Assembly (NCBI GenBank): GCA_907165135.1
Contig: OU015568.1
Coordinates: 1,922,001-1,986,000 of the forward strand
Source: Oikopleura dioica
Taxonomy: Eukaryota > Animalia > Chordata
Length of the DNA stretch: 64,000 nt
Direction of reading: 5' to 3'
The notes below the pieces were generated by a model. That model saw nothing but the letters and a program-made list of their open reading frames with translations, searched no databases and had not been told where the DNA came from. Positions 10,648 to 24,058 of the stretch are shown here, piece by piece (the stretch's first letter is position 1; each line of letters begins with the position of its first letter). Position numbers and translations under genes: made by a program.

Positions 10648-12583
10648 TCAAAAGCGTTCTTGTTTCGTAATCATCTGTAGATCTGGATTCAGACTTTCTC
10701 CATTTTCTCCATTCATACTCTGGCCCATCGGAGCCGCTAACCCGCGTAAACTTACCGGCCTAGATCCTGTGAAGGGAACTTGGACGGTGAGAGGCTGCGG
10801 CGTTCTGTTGATAGAGAGGGAAGGTCGGGTTGGCACTGCATCCTTTGAGGAAGAGATTGGGTCAGGATTTTGACTTTTCGGAGGTTCGGCGTCGCGGGCA
10901 AGGGCTCTTCTGATTGCGCGCTCGTCTTCCTTTAGTTTTCTCAACTCGCCGGAGAGAACTGATAGGAGTGCTAGAAAGTGAGACTTATCAGTGCAACGCT
11001 TGGCCCAAGCTGCTTCGGTGACGTGACTTACCTTCAAGTTGTTGCTCTTCGTCGTTCAGCCTCTGCCACTCAAGCTCTAGTTTTCTTTCGATATCGCTCA
11101 TTCGCCTGTTTTCCCTTTATCTTTCTAAATCAAAAGAATATTGAATATGGAACAACAAAAGAAGTTTTTAGAATTTTTATTAGTACAATTATCTTAAATC
11201 AGACGAAGAATTGACAGAATATAATTTAGCATCATCAGTGATCATGTTATCTAAATCTGCGCAGCTTGCGTTTCGAAATTCTTCGGCTCGTCGTCAACTC
11301 TTGAAAAGCAGCAGCACAGCGATTTCCAGCAAGAAGTGTTTTCTTGTATCGGATCTGGTCGGTCTCCTTAAAAAAAAACTTAAATTTGGAGTCAAGAAAA
11401 AGGTGCTTACGTGTTGAATCTACGTCGAAAATACCATCTGAGTTTTGGGAAAAGCATCGTTTATTGTAGTCAATGGCTTTGGCAATCAGCTCTGGCTTGA
11501 CTTGAACGAGATTATTCTTCTCAAACTCTGGTGGTTCTCCAGTTGCTGCTCGTGCGGAATTCACTCTTTTGTAAGCAAGCTCAACTTTTTCGTTCTCATC
11601 GTGGAGCTCTGGATAGTTCTAGAAGAATCAGTGTTGAGGACAGTAAGTTTCGAATGTCGACTTACTTTCAGAAGTGTTCCAAGATTGTCTCGCGCGACAG
11701 TAAGTCGCAATTCAGCCTCTCGAAGCCACTGTGGATCATCCTCTTCGTGTAAGGCCATGTGATAGTTGACCATCGCTTCGCAGTATTTGTAATGGGAGCT
11801 GAGATATTGCTTCAACGCTTTGGCGCTCGTCATTATTCCACTGTCGTTGAACTGTCGTTTTGCGCCTTCGTACAATCTCGCAACGAGTTCGTTCTTTTTT
11901 CCTGAAAATACAGTTATTTTAGCAGGAAGAAAATGACCTACCATCTTCAGCAGCTTTCTTTGCCACTTCAATCTGAGCAAATCCAATAAACGCGTTGAAA
12001 ATCAACTCTAACGCGTGTTCCTGGAGATCATTCGTCCGTCGATTCATTCCTTTTGTCTGATGATCTTTGAGGTATTCTACTATTCCAGCTGCTTCTCGGA
12101 AAAACTTGAGTGCTTCCGAACGATCGTTGTCCTTTGATTTTCGCTTTCCTTGAAGATAATGAAGAATGGCGATGTTGAAAAGTACGTTTGCGAATTCCCA
12201 TTCGATATCGCAAAGTTCTCTGTCTGATTTATCCTCTCCACGAGCGGTGTAGCTGCAGAACCATTTGAATTTGACGTGACAGGCTTCTGGAGTAAACTTG
12301 ATTTTCCCGCCAAGGAGGATCAACTGATCATGGTAGCTTTTTAAGTTGTCGAGCAAGGCGGTCTTGGGCAACTTTGCTGAAGAAAAAATGAAGGCTATAT
12401 GATCGCTTCTGCACTTTAGAGTCCACAGTACTTACAGTTGATAGCGGAATTTCTTAGCGCTGTGAACTCAACTGCCATTTGTGAAGCCAAATCCTCTTCC
12501 ACTTTCCATTTTAATGAAGAAAACAAAACATCGTAGAGTTTCGGTATATTCTCTGATTTCTTTATTTCTAGCTCAAAAACCAT
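10648..12583 (-). CDS. BRO1-domain protein (ALIX/BROX/HD-PTP family, ESCRT-associated)
   Basis: N-terminus MVFELEIKKSENI...FTALRNSAIN. BRO1 motifs: FKWFCSY, DIEWEFANVLFNIAILH, ALKFFREAAGIVEYL, FAQIEVAKKAA, KDNDGIF. A coiled-coil and Pro-rich tail follow. Confidence 0.85.
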
Positions 12584-12950
12584 TTTCGCTTGGTGTTAAT
12601 TTACTCGTAGCAACGCGGATTATACTGCTTGGATTCCGATCGAGGGCCAGGAGAAGGGAAAAGTGTCAGAACACAAATAATAGGGACAAACACAGAGGAG
12701 GACGTACGTCTCGTAAAACTTTAGCTTGGTATTTCTCAAAAGCCGGATTGAGTTCAATGAAAGGCTATTATATTCCGAGGCGAGTAATTTCCTGCGCCAA
12801 CTTTAAGCTCGTAAAAGAGGCCTTTGCTTGCAAGAGCTCAAAGAAAAAACGCTAGAAGCTTCGCTTAAAATACTGTATTTTACCATGAAGAATAATTTCT
12901 CTTTTTCACAATGAAAAGATAAGATGAAGTACAGAAAGATAGAACAGGGT

Positions 12951-14673
12951 CTAAAGCCCTTTTTCGGCCCAGAATTGCGCCATCCAATCGCGAATCGTAT
13001 CTCGGTGAAACTGTCGGACATTGAGGACATCTTGGGTATCGCCACTGTTAGATCCTCGGAGGTCGTAATGGTGGGCACCCCCATGGACGAGTGGGGCGGG
13101 AAGGTCGTGTCGGAGGTCGTGGGTCACGCCACCGGGGCCCCAGGGATCAAGATCGCCGTTGGAGAAGATTGTGTTCGAAGTAGCTTCGAGGTTGTCGGCC
13201 CAATATTTAATTCTAAACCGCAGTTAGGGAGGAACGGCAAGAAAAACTAACCGGAGCCAATCGCGATCAGGAATGACGCCGTATGTTTTGTTGCAGTAGT
13301 CCGCGCGGTCGTCGATGTCGAATTTGATGACGGGGAACATATCGGTCTTGCCATCAGTTCCTCCTGGAAGAACTTGCTGAGTGCAGCACTGGTAGTCCCA
13401 TGCAGAAGCCTGTGGGCCAGTTCCGCAGCCGGTTGGATCGGCGCAGTAGACGTATTCTCCCATGATGTCGAAGCACTGCTTGTACTAGAAATGATGGGTA
13501 AAGAAGGGACGACGAGGAAGGAAGAAAAACCTTAGTGGGGTCAGTTCCGTTGTACATGAGTCCAGCAGCTTCTCGGATAGAATCAGCGCCAGTGGCAGCG
13601 ACTGCTCGGACGCAGGCTTCTTTGACAGGGTTACCAGGAAGAGCAGCTTCAAAGTTCGTCGGATAGGGGTAGTCCATCATCGCCTTTACAAAAAATGAGG
13701 CCCTGAAAGATAAAAAAAAATCTTTACCATAGTAGCCATAGCATTTCTAGCCCAGCCGAGCATATGCATGTAGTTGTCTTCAGTAATATTCTGACAAGTT
13801 CTCATTGAGCTCGTGATTCCAGCCCAATCTTTGTCGTTTTTCATCTTGTCCAAGGCGGCGAAACCGGATCGGATGGTGTCCTCGCACTTGTCAAGAGCCT
13901 GTCTGAAATCTTCAGTCGTCTTGACCCAGAAGCCGTGCGAGTCGCCCATCGCGGAAATCCAGTAAACTGAAATAATGAAGTTAGAAATGAGGAAAGGGCC
14001 TTTCCTTTAGGAAAACTTCTTTATAAGTGCTCTAAGTAAAGAGTTCTACCTGGGGATGATGCAGCAAGAGCACCGTCAACAAGATTTGGATAGGTCATTC
14101 GCATGTACATGGACAAAAGCCCTCCGTATGAGCCGCCAAAGCAGATGAGTGGACCTTTGTAAGTCTTTTTCAACTCAACGATGAGCTGGGCAAAATCGGC
14201 AAGTGCATTTTCAACGGAAAGATAGGCCATGTTCTCTGGAGTGAAGGAATTGTTGCTGTAGGGGAGGGACTGACCGTAATAGCGATGTTCGGCGTAGACG
14301 ATGAATGCGTTTTCCTCTTCTGCGAATTCGTTCATGAAGCCTTTTATTGAAAGCGTCAGCTAGAGTTTCGAAGGAGTCAATCACCTGTGTTAGCAGCGAA
14401 ACTGTTGATAGGGCCTTCATTTCCCGTGTAGAAAAAGATTGGCGCGGTGGATTCGTCTTTGACAAAATCGGTATTGACTAGGTATCGCATTTTATACGTC
14501 TTGTCCATGTAATAGTTGAAGTTGTCGATTCGCTGGTCGATCCATTTTGTCTGATATTGGATCTGTCCATCGTCGAATTTGAGTTTTCCGGCGAACGCCG
14601 CGCTAGATTATTAATTAATAATATTCGATGTCTCTGTCTCTCAACAATACCTGAAAAGCGCAAGAAACAGCAT
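12951..14673 (-). CDS. DPP7: Dipeptidyl peptidase 7 (S28 serine peptidase)
   Basis: Signal peptide MLFLALFSAAFA. Motifs: PIFFYTGNEG, YAEHRYYG, catalytic GGSYGG, MMDYPYPT, CADPTGCGTGP...AWDYQ (DPP7-type), FSNGDLDPW (Asp), GGAHHYDLR (His). Confidence 0.88.
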
Positions 14674-16137
14674 TTTGGAAAACTTTGAAGAACGCGGCCG
14701 GGAAAAATGCACCAGAAGGGCAAATTCACACGCTGGCGTGAAGAAAATGTGAATTTACCCGCTAAAATAAAGAATAACTGGCGGCGTGGAACAAAGTTCA
14801 AAATTGATAGACTTGAAACTATTGGGCAAGACAGAATCTAAAGGCTTTGTCTTTTTCGGGATTGTATTCTGCAAGACTTGCGAAAGTATGACGGCAGTGA
14901 TACTTTGCATGATAACATCCAAATATGTATGGTGTTCCCGGTTAAGAAAGAGGTACGAAGAGAAATAACTTCCTTCACCTTAAAAAAAGCACGTCTTAGG
15001 AATCATTTGGTCAATAAACTAACGATCAGTTATTATTTTTTATTTACAACAAATTTTTACTTTATGGTACTTATTTGAAAATTCAGAAAATCTATAAAAC
15101 AAAAGTCTAGCTCCCGCGAAGAGTTGACTGCCGGACAATTTTCGTTGATATTGCTTTTTAAGAGTTCGAAATTTTGAAATGGCATCAATTTTTAGCCTCA
15201 AAATTTCAAACTCTCGCTGGTGTTGGTCTGTCCCTACAGATTTTGCAAGTATTTAGACAAATTTTGCACCAGCAGGCGAAGATCACGATCAGAAATGTAA
15301 TCAATAGAATGACTCCTTCAAACTTGGTTCAATTAAAGAAGATTAATAGCAACTAAAAATTGAAAATCCAAGCTATAAACATGATCGTATTCGATTTTGC
15401 CATCTGTTGAATATTATGAATTCTTGATTGTTTTCCTCGACTGAGTTACAGTTCTCATTATCTTCTAGTGTCTACTGTAGCACTCAAATTTATGTTGAGA
15501 ACTTTGGCCAAAGAAAGCGATGCCAAAAAGATATTCTTCTCTCATTTTATTTTTATAAAAATTCTTATAAAAAAGAGAAAGATTCAATAGGGAATAATAA
15601 GGAATAGAATGGAGCAGGGACTTACCGCAAAAGATCAATAGCGCTAAATTCGCAGATGGACAATTATAATTGGCAGTAGCGGGCTAGATGCGAAAAAGTC
15701 AATCCTCAATAATTCCTGCTCGACATTTTTAATCTAAACGAAATGGGCTGACCCTTACTGTAGCCAAAAGTAACTGCGGTAATTATCAAAGCAATTTGAG
15801 TTCGAACTTCGAATAGTAGGTTGATTTATTTTACAATATTATGTTTATCAGTGGAATAACAATCTTCAGGACACAAAAATCTTGATAAGAAAAAGGGAAA
15901 AGAAGCTGATTTTTGAAAAGGGTATTTTTTCTTGGCAAAAAAATGGAAGATAACAGATTTTAAGAATTTCACAATGAAGAGGGTTTAAAATTGAATTTAT
16001 GCAAGTACAGTACTTTTACAGTAACACAGGCGAATTTTTTTTTAAAGAGATTGGAATGTTCAGGTAAATTAACTAAAAAGGAAGGAGTTCTAGCGCTTTT
16101 TATACAAAAATATGAAATTTTTCAAAGCTAATCACTT

Positions 16138-18346
16138 TTAGCAACGCTTGAAATAGTAGTCGACTGATTTGTCCGATCGAACCGGTTGATTGTAGTAGGG
16201 ATCCTGAATTCAAAAGATTAGTGACGAAGAATCGGCTAAATGAAATTGAGGAGACTTACGAAGCGATTCTCCATGCCGATTTCGTCCTGTCGAGGCGTCA
16301 TGTAAGCAGGCCCGATCGAAGAAGGAGGCGGATACATGCTTGGGGCGGCGCTTGGGGCCATTCGAGAACCTGCCTGAGGCGCTTTTTCAGGTTTTTCGAA
16401 GGTTTATCTATTTTAATTTCTGAGGATCGTTATAATAGGCCCGTACAAAAAGATCTTTCTGGATACCGTCCCAGGTTAACTCCACAGGTCTGCATAGTCT
16501 GGCTGTTCGAAAAACCTGTGCCTGAAAGAAGCGGAGCTGCGTCTTCTTCTTCTTGTGCCTTTGCCCTGGCTGCTCTGTGCTTGGCCATCGGTCTGGAAAA
16601 CTTTTTGTTGAGGAGACTTCTGTTCGCGGAAAGAATCATCGCGAAGTTTGCATATCCTAAGATTCAGGGATAAATCATCGTCAAAGTTAGTTGATTAGGG
16701 CTTACCGAGCATGAGAACACCTGCTGCAACGAGGGATCCAATAAAAAGACCGTATGGGAGATGATAGTGCTCGCAATACTCTTCCAAGTCACCGTAAGGA
16801 TCTGTTTCTGCCGCTCTTGGCCCTGAATTGACGGTTAAGATTCAACGGATTAAGTTTTGACTGTAGTACCGTCTCCGCAGATCTTGCCATAAGCTTGGCT
16901 TCTAGTATTTTTGAATTGGACGATTCCCATTTGAACCAAATCGACGCAGATTTCTGAGTAGACTCCGTTGTCAAAGTTTCGGTCGAAGCGATCGCGACAT
17001 CTTTCTTGAACCATTCGGTAGTAGTAAACCCCTGAATAATTTTTATTCATCCGTTCTTTCCCCAGTTCCATACCTAAAGCATTGAATCCCATAAAGAGGC
17101 TCCATCCAATGATGCCAACATACGCGCAAATGATCAAAAAGACCGAGCAGCAGATTCCTCCTGACGTACTTTTGCACCCTTCATATGTTCGGTCAATCAA
17201 GCAGTCTATTTTTTTTCTTACCTCTAGTCGGACTTCTGAATTCTTTGGAACTGGCGGTTCCGTCGACCAACATTGCGATAGCAAAAGCGACTGTCAGTGG
17301 CGCGATCGCGTACATACAGTACTTCAGTCGCTCAGTCACCATTGGCCAGTAATTTCCAGGTTTGTCCGGGTCCAGAAGTCGCCACTGGCCAGTTACAGAG
17401 AGAATCCATTCTGGCTCTGGATCTGTAGCGGGATTACCGTCGTCGGGGCCGTATTCCAAGAACAGTTTCGTCGTCTAGAAAGGAGTTTTGATAAAAGTAA
17501 ATAACTGAAGAAAAGAAAAAGTTTAAAATCTTCTCATTTTCCTCCCTAGAAATTTAGAGACGCTAAATACATCAATTCTTAAAGTCAAAATAAAATCAAA
17601 AATATCTTATTAGTATTTGTAGATTTTAAGGAAATGGTAAAATTGTTTTTCCTTGGCGTAATCTACTAATCTCATCAAGAACTCTGCATTCGCCCCTGTA
17701 TTCTCGATATTCTTTGATTTCTAGAACGATCTTCAAGAGATGAAAAAGGGATAAACAAAAACATTTTTCCCCTTAAATCTCTATAATCGCGTTCTAGAAA
17801 TCAAGGAATATGGAAATTCAGAGGAAAAGGCATTCATTTTCGATGGAAAAAAGGCGATTACGACGCGAAAAAGAAATTTTAGCTTTTTATTAAAGTCTAC
17901 AATTGTTAATTAGATTTTGGGGATCTTATATTGACTTTGAGTATTTTCATAATTTCCGTTTCTAGGGACGAAAGAAAGAGGGCGACTGAATCTTTTCAAT
18001 TTTGGCCTAATTCATCGTTTTTGAAAGCGAACCTGATCGATTCCCATAACGCCACAAACAGTCCAGGCGCAAATGCCAATGATGACCATGACGAACGCGA
18101 AAATCGATGCACAGGGAGTCTTATGCGCTCCTGTGCAGCAGCTTATGCAGCAACTACAGCACCCTGCATCTGGCTTCTTTTCGATTACTTTTTCAATTCA
18201 TGAACCGTTCTTTTCTATCAAAAACAGCTCGAAAATGGTTTTGATGAATTTCCTGGAGTGGGTTTAAATTCGTCCCTGTGGTCGTAGAATTCTGTCACAT
18301 CTCCTTCTTCATTTATGTCGTACCCGCGATAGCCATCGTCTGTCAT
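16138..18346 (-). CDS. Myelin proteolipid (PLP/DM20/GPM6) family tetraspan protein
   Basis: Cys-rich N-terminus GCCSCCISCC...TPCASIFAFVMV and four TM segments. Also GGICCSVFLIICAYV, ICVDLVQMGIV...GKICG and the final TM LFIGSLVAAGVLMLGYANFAMILSAN. The first intron needs a GA donor. Confidence 0.85.
17701..17810. repeat. ~110 bp hairpin repeat (MITE-like); related copy at ~20764-20880
   Basis: TATTCTTTGATTTCTAGAACG...CGTTCTAGAAATCAAGGAATA form inverted arms. The left arm recurs at 20764 (TTCTCGATATTCCTTGATTTCTAGAACG). Confidence 0.65.
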
Positions 18347-19376
18347 TTCTGAAGCGATAAATTGGCATTTTACTAATTTTTAAAAGTTATTTCAACAATT
18401 TAATTAGGTTAGTAGTTTATTTAAGAAAGACTTATTCTTTTGATTCATTTTACAAGTAAATATAAATTATATTTAATATTTTCTTAGGAATTGTGAAAAA
18501 ATTTACGGAACTGAAAAAGATTCTATTTTGATAAATCATTTTAAAATTGGGTAAAATACGGCGTAACGAGCATTTTGAAGGATTTCAAAACAGAAAAGCA
18601 GGAATTTTTTTATGATTTCTTCTTTTATCTTCTTTAATTATCTCTTCCAAAAAAAGGGGGTAAGAAGTAGCAGATCAGGTCTTTCTTGTTTCATTATATT
18701 CTTTTCTCATTTTGTCAAAAAATGCGCTGGAGCGATGAAAAAGCGCATAATTAGCTACGCCTGAGGATTGGGCGACCCTAGCGCGCCCTGGCCAATTGGG
18801 CTGCTGCGACTTTTTTCAAAAAATTAGGGTTGATAGACTCGATCGAAAAGTGCTAAGATTGAATTTTGCGTTTCTCTCTCACCATTTCTGTGAATATTGA
18901 TTTATATAATAAAAATATTTTTATAAATAAAATTAACTATTATTAAATTTCGTAAAATAATTAATGGTTTTTTGAAAGAAATAATAGAAAGTGTCCTCTC
19001 TGTTTCTATCAAATTGATAATCAATAGATAAATTGAGTGGTTTTAACGCTTGAGCTGAAGGGCGAAAATGAAGAAAATCGTCTACAGACTCTTCGTTGTT
19101 TTCAGCGCGCGGCGCTTGAAAACGCTCAAAACAAAAAATGAGAAGGGTTGCTGCAATTTCATGTTCGGCTGGCTTTGGCTTTTGAAGCCACGGATTCAAA
19201 CAGAGATTTCGACGACTACTACGATTATGACAGTTACGAGGGCATTTCTGACGCGATTAGGATGCCTTGTTGTAAGAAAAACTCGAATCAAGATGCATTT
19301 CTTCGCCTTGTCCGTTGAAAGATCGAATGAATGTTTTTCAACAGATCGCTTCGGAAAGATACAGTATCGAATACCA

Positions 19377-19459
19377 ACCAGGATGGCCGAGTGGTTAAGG
19401 CGTTGGACTTAAGTTCCAATGGGGGCATCCCCGCGTGGGTTCGAACCCCACTCCTGGTA
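19377..19459 (+). tRNA. trnL-TAA: tRNA-Leu (anticodon TAA)
   Basis: Acceptor stem ACCAGGA/TCCTGGT, A box TGGCCGAGTGG, anticodon arm TTGGA-CTTAAGT-TCCAA, long variable arm, B box GGTTCGAACCC, followed by a T7 Pol III terminator. Confidence 0.97.
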
Positions 19460-22206
19460 ATTTTTTTGACCGGTTGGTTGATTTTCTTCAAAAGTCGCGC
19501 TTCGAGTTTCGTGGGCCTTGAAATCAAGGAAGAGAATAATAAATTCAATAATAATTCAATGGAGAATTATTGCGGAATCTCAATTTATCAAAGACTATTC
19601 GATTGTCCTCTTGTTGACCCTTGAAATCCATCAGGAAATCGATCAAAATCACAGACCTGCTGCTCTGGCTCCTGAAATTGATGACAAGAACGTGCTCGTA
19701 CGTGAAAAACCACGCTTTGACGTAATGAGCGACTGTTGTCAACACCAATGGTCAATTGAACTGTTCCTCGAGGAAACAAAGTCTGAAAAGGGGAGAAAAG
19801 AAAAAGATTGATTTCATCACCGGATATATTCTCATGTCCTTGCCCGACGAAAATATTTGCTGCCCAAGAAAAAAACAGAGCATGGGAAGAAGAAAAACAG
19901 CTTGAAGGGCCCATGTTTTTTTTTATTGTTTTAGGGCCTTGTTCTTAATGTTGATTTAAGATTGATAACAAGCAGCTTTTTAGTAGTATCGTCATTCAGG
20001 AAAATCGAGTCCATTAACTTTTGCGTCAAATCCAGATTCTCGAAAAAGGAAAATTTCCTAATTTTGATCTTGAATTTTTGTTGACAGTAAGTGCGTCGAG
20101 CTGTCGCCGGTCAGAGAGCGGTCACTGACGCCAAGCACAGCTTCCGGGTCCAGAGTCAACACAGCGCTTATTTGCCAGATTCCCAAGGAAGGATTAGGCG
20201 CGGGATTAATTCAATAAACCAGGCTCAGAGCACTTCCGTTGAGGCGTTCTGGGGACAATCGAGGGTGCCGAATAGGCGTGAGACGAGTTTATAAACTGAG
20301 ACGGTACTGTATTTTTTCATTTTGTTGGAGAAAGCATGAGATCAAATAATGTTCAATTAGGGCGGAAATCAAAGTGAACGTAGACGTCAATTTAGATTGA
20401 AATTTCACTGTAAAAAACTTCAATTAGTGCTCATCATTTCTCAGGAGGAGCAAAACTAGAACGCTTTCTAATTTGCTTTCGAATTCGCTTTGAAGGGCCA
20501 AAATTAGATTTGGGCATTTTTCTATTGTGGGTCAAGTGCTAGAAAATTGTCACCAACCAATTTAGAAGGTTAATTTATTCTAGACCGTATATTCTATTTT
20601 GGAGTAAAAAAAAAACTTTTACATGCTAAATATGAAAATTTTTGATCTCAAAATATGATCTTAGCTGGCTAATAAACATATTTCGACTTTAATAAAAAGG
20701 ATAGAATCGTTGTCCTCGACGAAATCGACTTTTTCCTAATAAAAACTTGCTTTTCCTACTAAATTCTCGATATTCCTTGATTTCTAGAACGCCATTCGAG
20801 GGATTAATGAAAATGAAGAAAAAAAAACATTTTTTTGAAAAAATCTCTAGAATACCGTCCAAGAAAACATGAAATCGCGAGTTTTCACGATCAAAGGCAA
20901 TTTTTCGAATAAAAGGGTCAAAAACTTATTTTTCAATTTTTTTATTTTTATAAATTTTAATTAGATATCTTTTGTCATAAATGTTCGAAAATTATCACAA
21001 ATCAATTTAGAAAGCTTACAATCTCTAAAAACAGTGTCGAAAAGTTCATGCTCTTGAGCTTGCCGAGTTCAATCTGGAGATCCAGATTGTCAATTGAATT
21101 TTTTCCCACCGGTCAGGATGGGCCAGATGCAACTGGATTCGACGCAAAAATATAACTTGGGAAAAAAAGATCAACTATTCAATAAAAACTGACCAACTTA
21201 AAATTCTCATTCTCCGGAGACATCGCTGTCAAAAACGCGGAGTAAGCTAGAACGGTGAAAACAATAATTTTCGCAGCGCAAATAGATCATTTTTGTTAAA
21301 ACGCGTTCGGGCCAGACAGGAGTCGGAAGCAAATTGACGCAAGAAAGGAGATTCAGAATCTTTTCTGTCCCTGGATAATGATAAATCTGCGATACGGAGC
21401 CGCCGGAAACGCCACATGGCTGCTCGAGCAAATAAAAGAGGCACGAAGAGCGGTATCACTCGAGGAATACGCCGATTTATGGCATAGTTAGCATTAACAG
21501 AACGGAGATAATTATGACTTTGATGGAGGCGCAGTTTTTGACATGAAATAAAGCTGATTTTGCCAGATTAAAATTTTTGCTATTCCGATTTTGTCAGAAA
21601 ATAAAACTTTTCAAATAAGCACTGTATGAATTTGGATTAAAAATGACGGAAGATACGCACTGTATCACTTGCGAAACTACAGTCAAGAAGACGGCGAGAA
21701 ACGTCTTTACTCTACTGTCTGATCAAAAATTTGAACTCAGAGCAAAGTTCATTAGGTCAAGTAAAAAATGCGATTCGCAAATTTTAAATTTCCTTATTCA
21801 AGAGCGAAGTTTAAGGAGCCTGATACCTGTAATAAACAAAGTCGCGAGGGGTCACTTTCGGACTGGGATGATGAAATGCGCGTGAAATTTATGACTTCCT
21901 CTTTTTCTCTCCCAAATCTAATTTTGCTGAGTTATTGTTGATTCGAAGAAAATAAATTTCAATAAGAAAAGAGTACGAAAAACTGACAAAGAATAAAATT
22001 GATTATAAAAATGAAGTCCCTTAAAAATTGCTGCAAAATTAAGACTTCTGTCTGTCAGACAGTCTGACAGACAATGCCTGGTTTTGAATAAAAACCTTTC
22101 TTCAAGATGTAAATTTCATTAACATCATCATTTTCGGCTGATGTCGAATTTTCTTCCCCTTTCTACTTTTTGACACGGCTGGACAAGGCCCGGTCCGTTC
22201 CACTCT

Positions 22207-22230
22207 CACGTGACGTCAGAAGCTATAAAT
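22207..22230 (+). promoter_or_regulatory. Candidate Pol II core promoter: overlapping E-box/CRE plus TATA
   Basis: CACGTG (22207) overlaps TGACGTCA (22211) and is followed by TATAAAT (22224). Motif match only. Confidence 0.35.
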
Positions 22231-23815
22231 CTTCGAGTACAAACTGAAACACGCGAACTCTGCTAAAAGAGTTCTCATCATAATCGATCACCTTTAATTT
22301 CAAAAGTTTACGTGAGAAAAAGGCTTATAAAGAGTTTTTAAAAAATGATAATTGATGTTTTGGGCTTGGGAAAAAAGGCTTTTATGAGATCAGATGCACC
22401 CTGGCAGCTGAGGACCGAAATCAGAATAAAATAATGATTTACTGGAGATGACCAGAAATGGCCACCCCAGGAGAAGAAACAACCGCACATAAAACAGTGA
22501 AAAAATAAGGGGGAGAAAAAAGTGTGGTTGAGGGAAGTTAACACGTGTTTCTCAAAACCTCAATCAAAAAATTGGAGACCCGACCAAAATCGATGACTAT
22601 ACCCTTAATTCTCCTTAAAAGTAATAGAAATACAGTAAGCGCTGGCAATATCGGAGACTAAGAATATGAATGTTTGGATTTTCCCTTTTCAAAATGACTT
22701 GATTTTTAGTGTTATTCGTAGGATTTTTGTTTGGGAAAATCGTTTATGATTATTGAAACTTGGTATTTTCCTCAACCTGTCTACCGGTGTCCAAACAAAA
22801 GCGGAAGTAATCCAGGAAGCGAGTGCGTCATTTGTCCCTAGCTATTTCATTGCTGCTCCTATGCTGTTTCGACAAATGTATTTACGATAATTAGATCCGG
22901 TCGTTGTTAGTGTCTTCACTATTCAAATTCGAACTTACAGTTTGCGCCCGTCTGTAAATCACACCGTAAATGTTCAGAAGATCGTACTTCAAACAGTCAA
23001 AAGCCGCCGTTTGCTATGGCTACTCGTGGATTTATTGGCACCACGTTACCTTGATTCCAAATTGACTGAGTTTTCATGTTTGAGCAGGAAGTGCCAACAA
23101 CTGTTAGGATAAATAATTTTTTTTTTATTTTACGAACGCCATTTCGGAACATTAAGAATTTTAAGATTTTCTAGAAGGGAAGGTAGCACGATTCGACAAA
23201 AAAAACAGCCAAAATTTCTGTCGAATTGCGGACCAATCAGATGTCCGCATTTGGCGTGTCGGCCAATCAGATTTGCGAAACGAATAATTGACGATTTGAA
23301 GCATCATCTCATTCTAGAGCTCTCGAAAATCGATTTCTTTCGGGAAATTTCGAAAGAAAGTATTGCTAAGATAGTCTAAATTAACCTGAATCTGTCGCGC
23401 GAAAAAAACATGCCGGCCGGCATTTCCGGCTTGCGCTTACTTATGTTGTCGGATTATACGAATCCAAAATCTGATGTTACTCTTCCGGGCGCACTTGCTC
23501 CTTGACACACAAGTGACTTGCTTTTTTCATCGAAAGTTGCTTCAATGTTTTTTTTTTAATAATTTGCTAATCTTGCGGAGAATTTTTTCAAGTTCTTGGA
23601 CAAGGATGGAGGACAAAAGAGTGGCGATTTGGCGTCATCAAAGGACGTACTCGAAAATTGCCGGCACAAGGGTCCTTGTCGGGTGTTTTTTCGAGATTCT
23701 TCTTGTTCAGATTTGAAGCCAAGAGGGGAGAAATAAGGGTTCTGCACTTTGATGACCTTCTTGAAATCAGAAAAATGCACTGAAAATTCAGACTTTTTCC
23801 AAAAAAGCTCGATTC

Positions 23816-24058
23816 TGGGCTCGGCAGACTCCGTAGAAAACCTGAGTCAGGTTCTCAAGGCCTCAAAAGAAACGCGACTGAGCGGCTTTTTCAAAAGCAA
23901 AGCCGCGTAGCGGCTTCGCGGCTATTTAAGAGTAGATTGAATATTTAATATCGCGAAGCCGCTCCGCGGCTTTATTTTGAAAAAGCCGCTGTGCGGCTTT
24001 TCGTTTAAGATCGTTCAGACTCTGACTCAAGTTTTTTTACAGGTTGTCGAGCTCAGGT
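23816..24058. mobile_element. MITE with GGCTCGGCAACCTG...AAAACCTGAGTCAG TIRs and internal AAGCCGC-GCGGCTT palindromes
   Basis: Left end GGGCTCGGCAG...GAAAACCTGAGTCAGG; right end CTGACTCAAGTTTT...CAGGTTGTCGAGC. Multiple internal AAGCCGC(N)GCGGCTT units. Confidence 0.75.
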
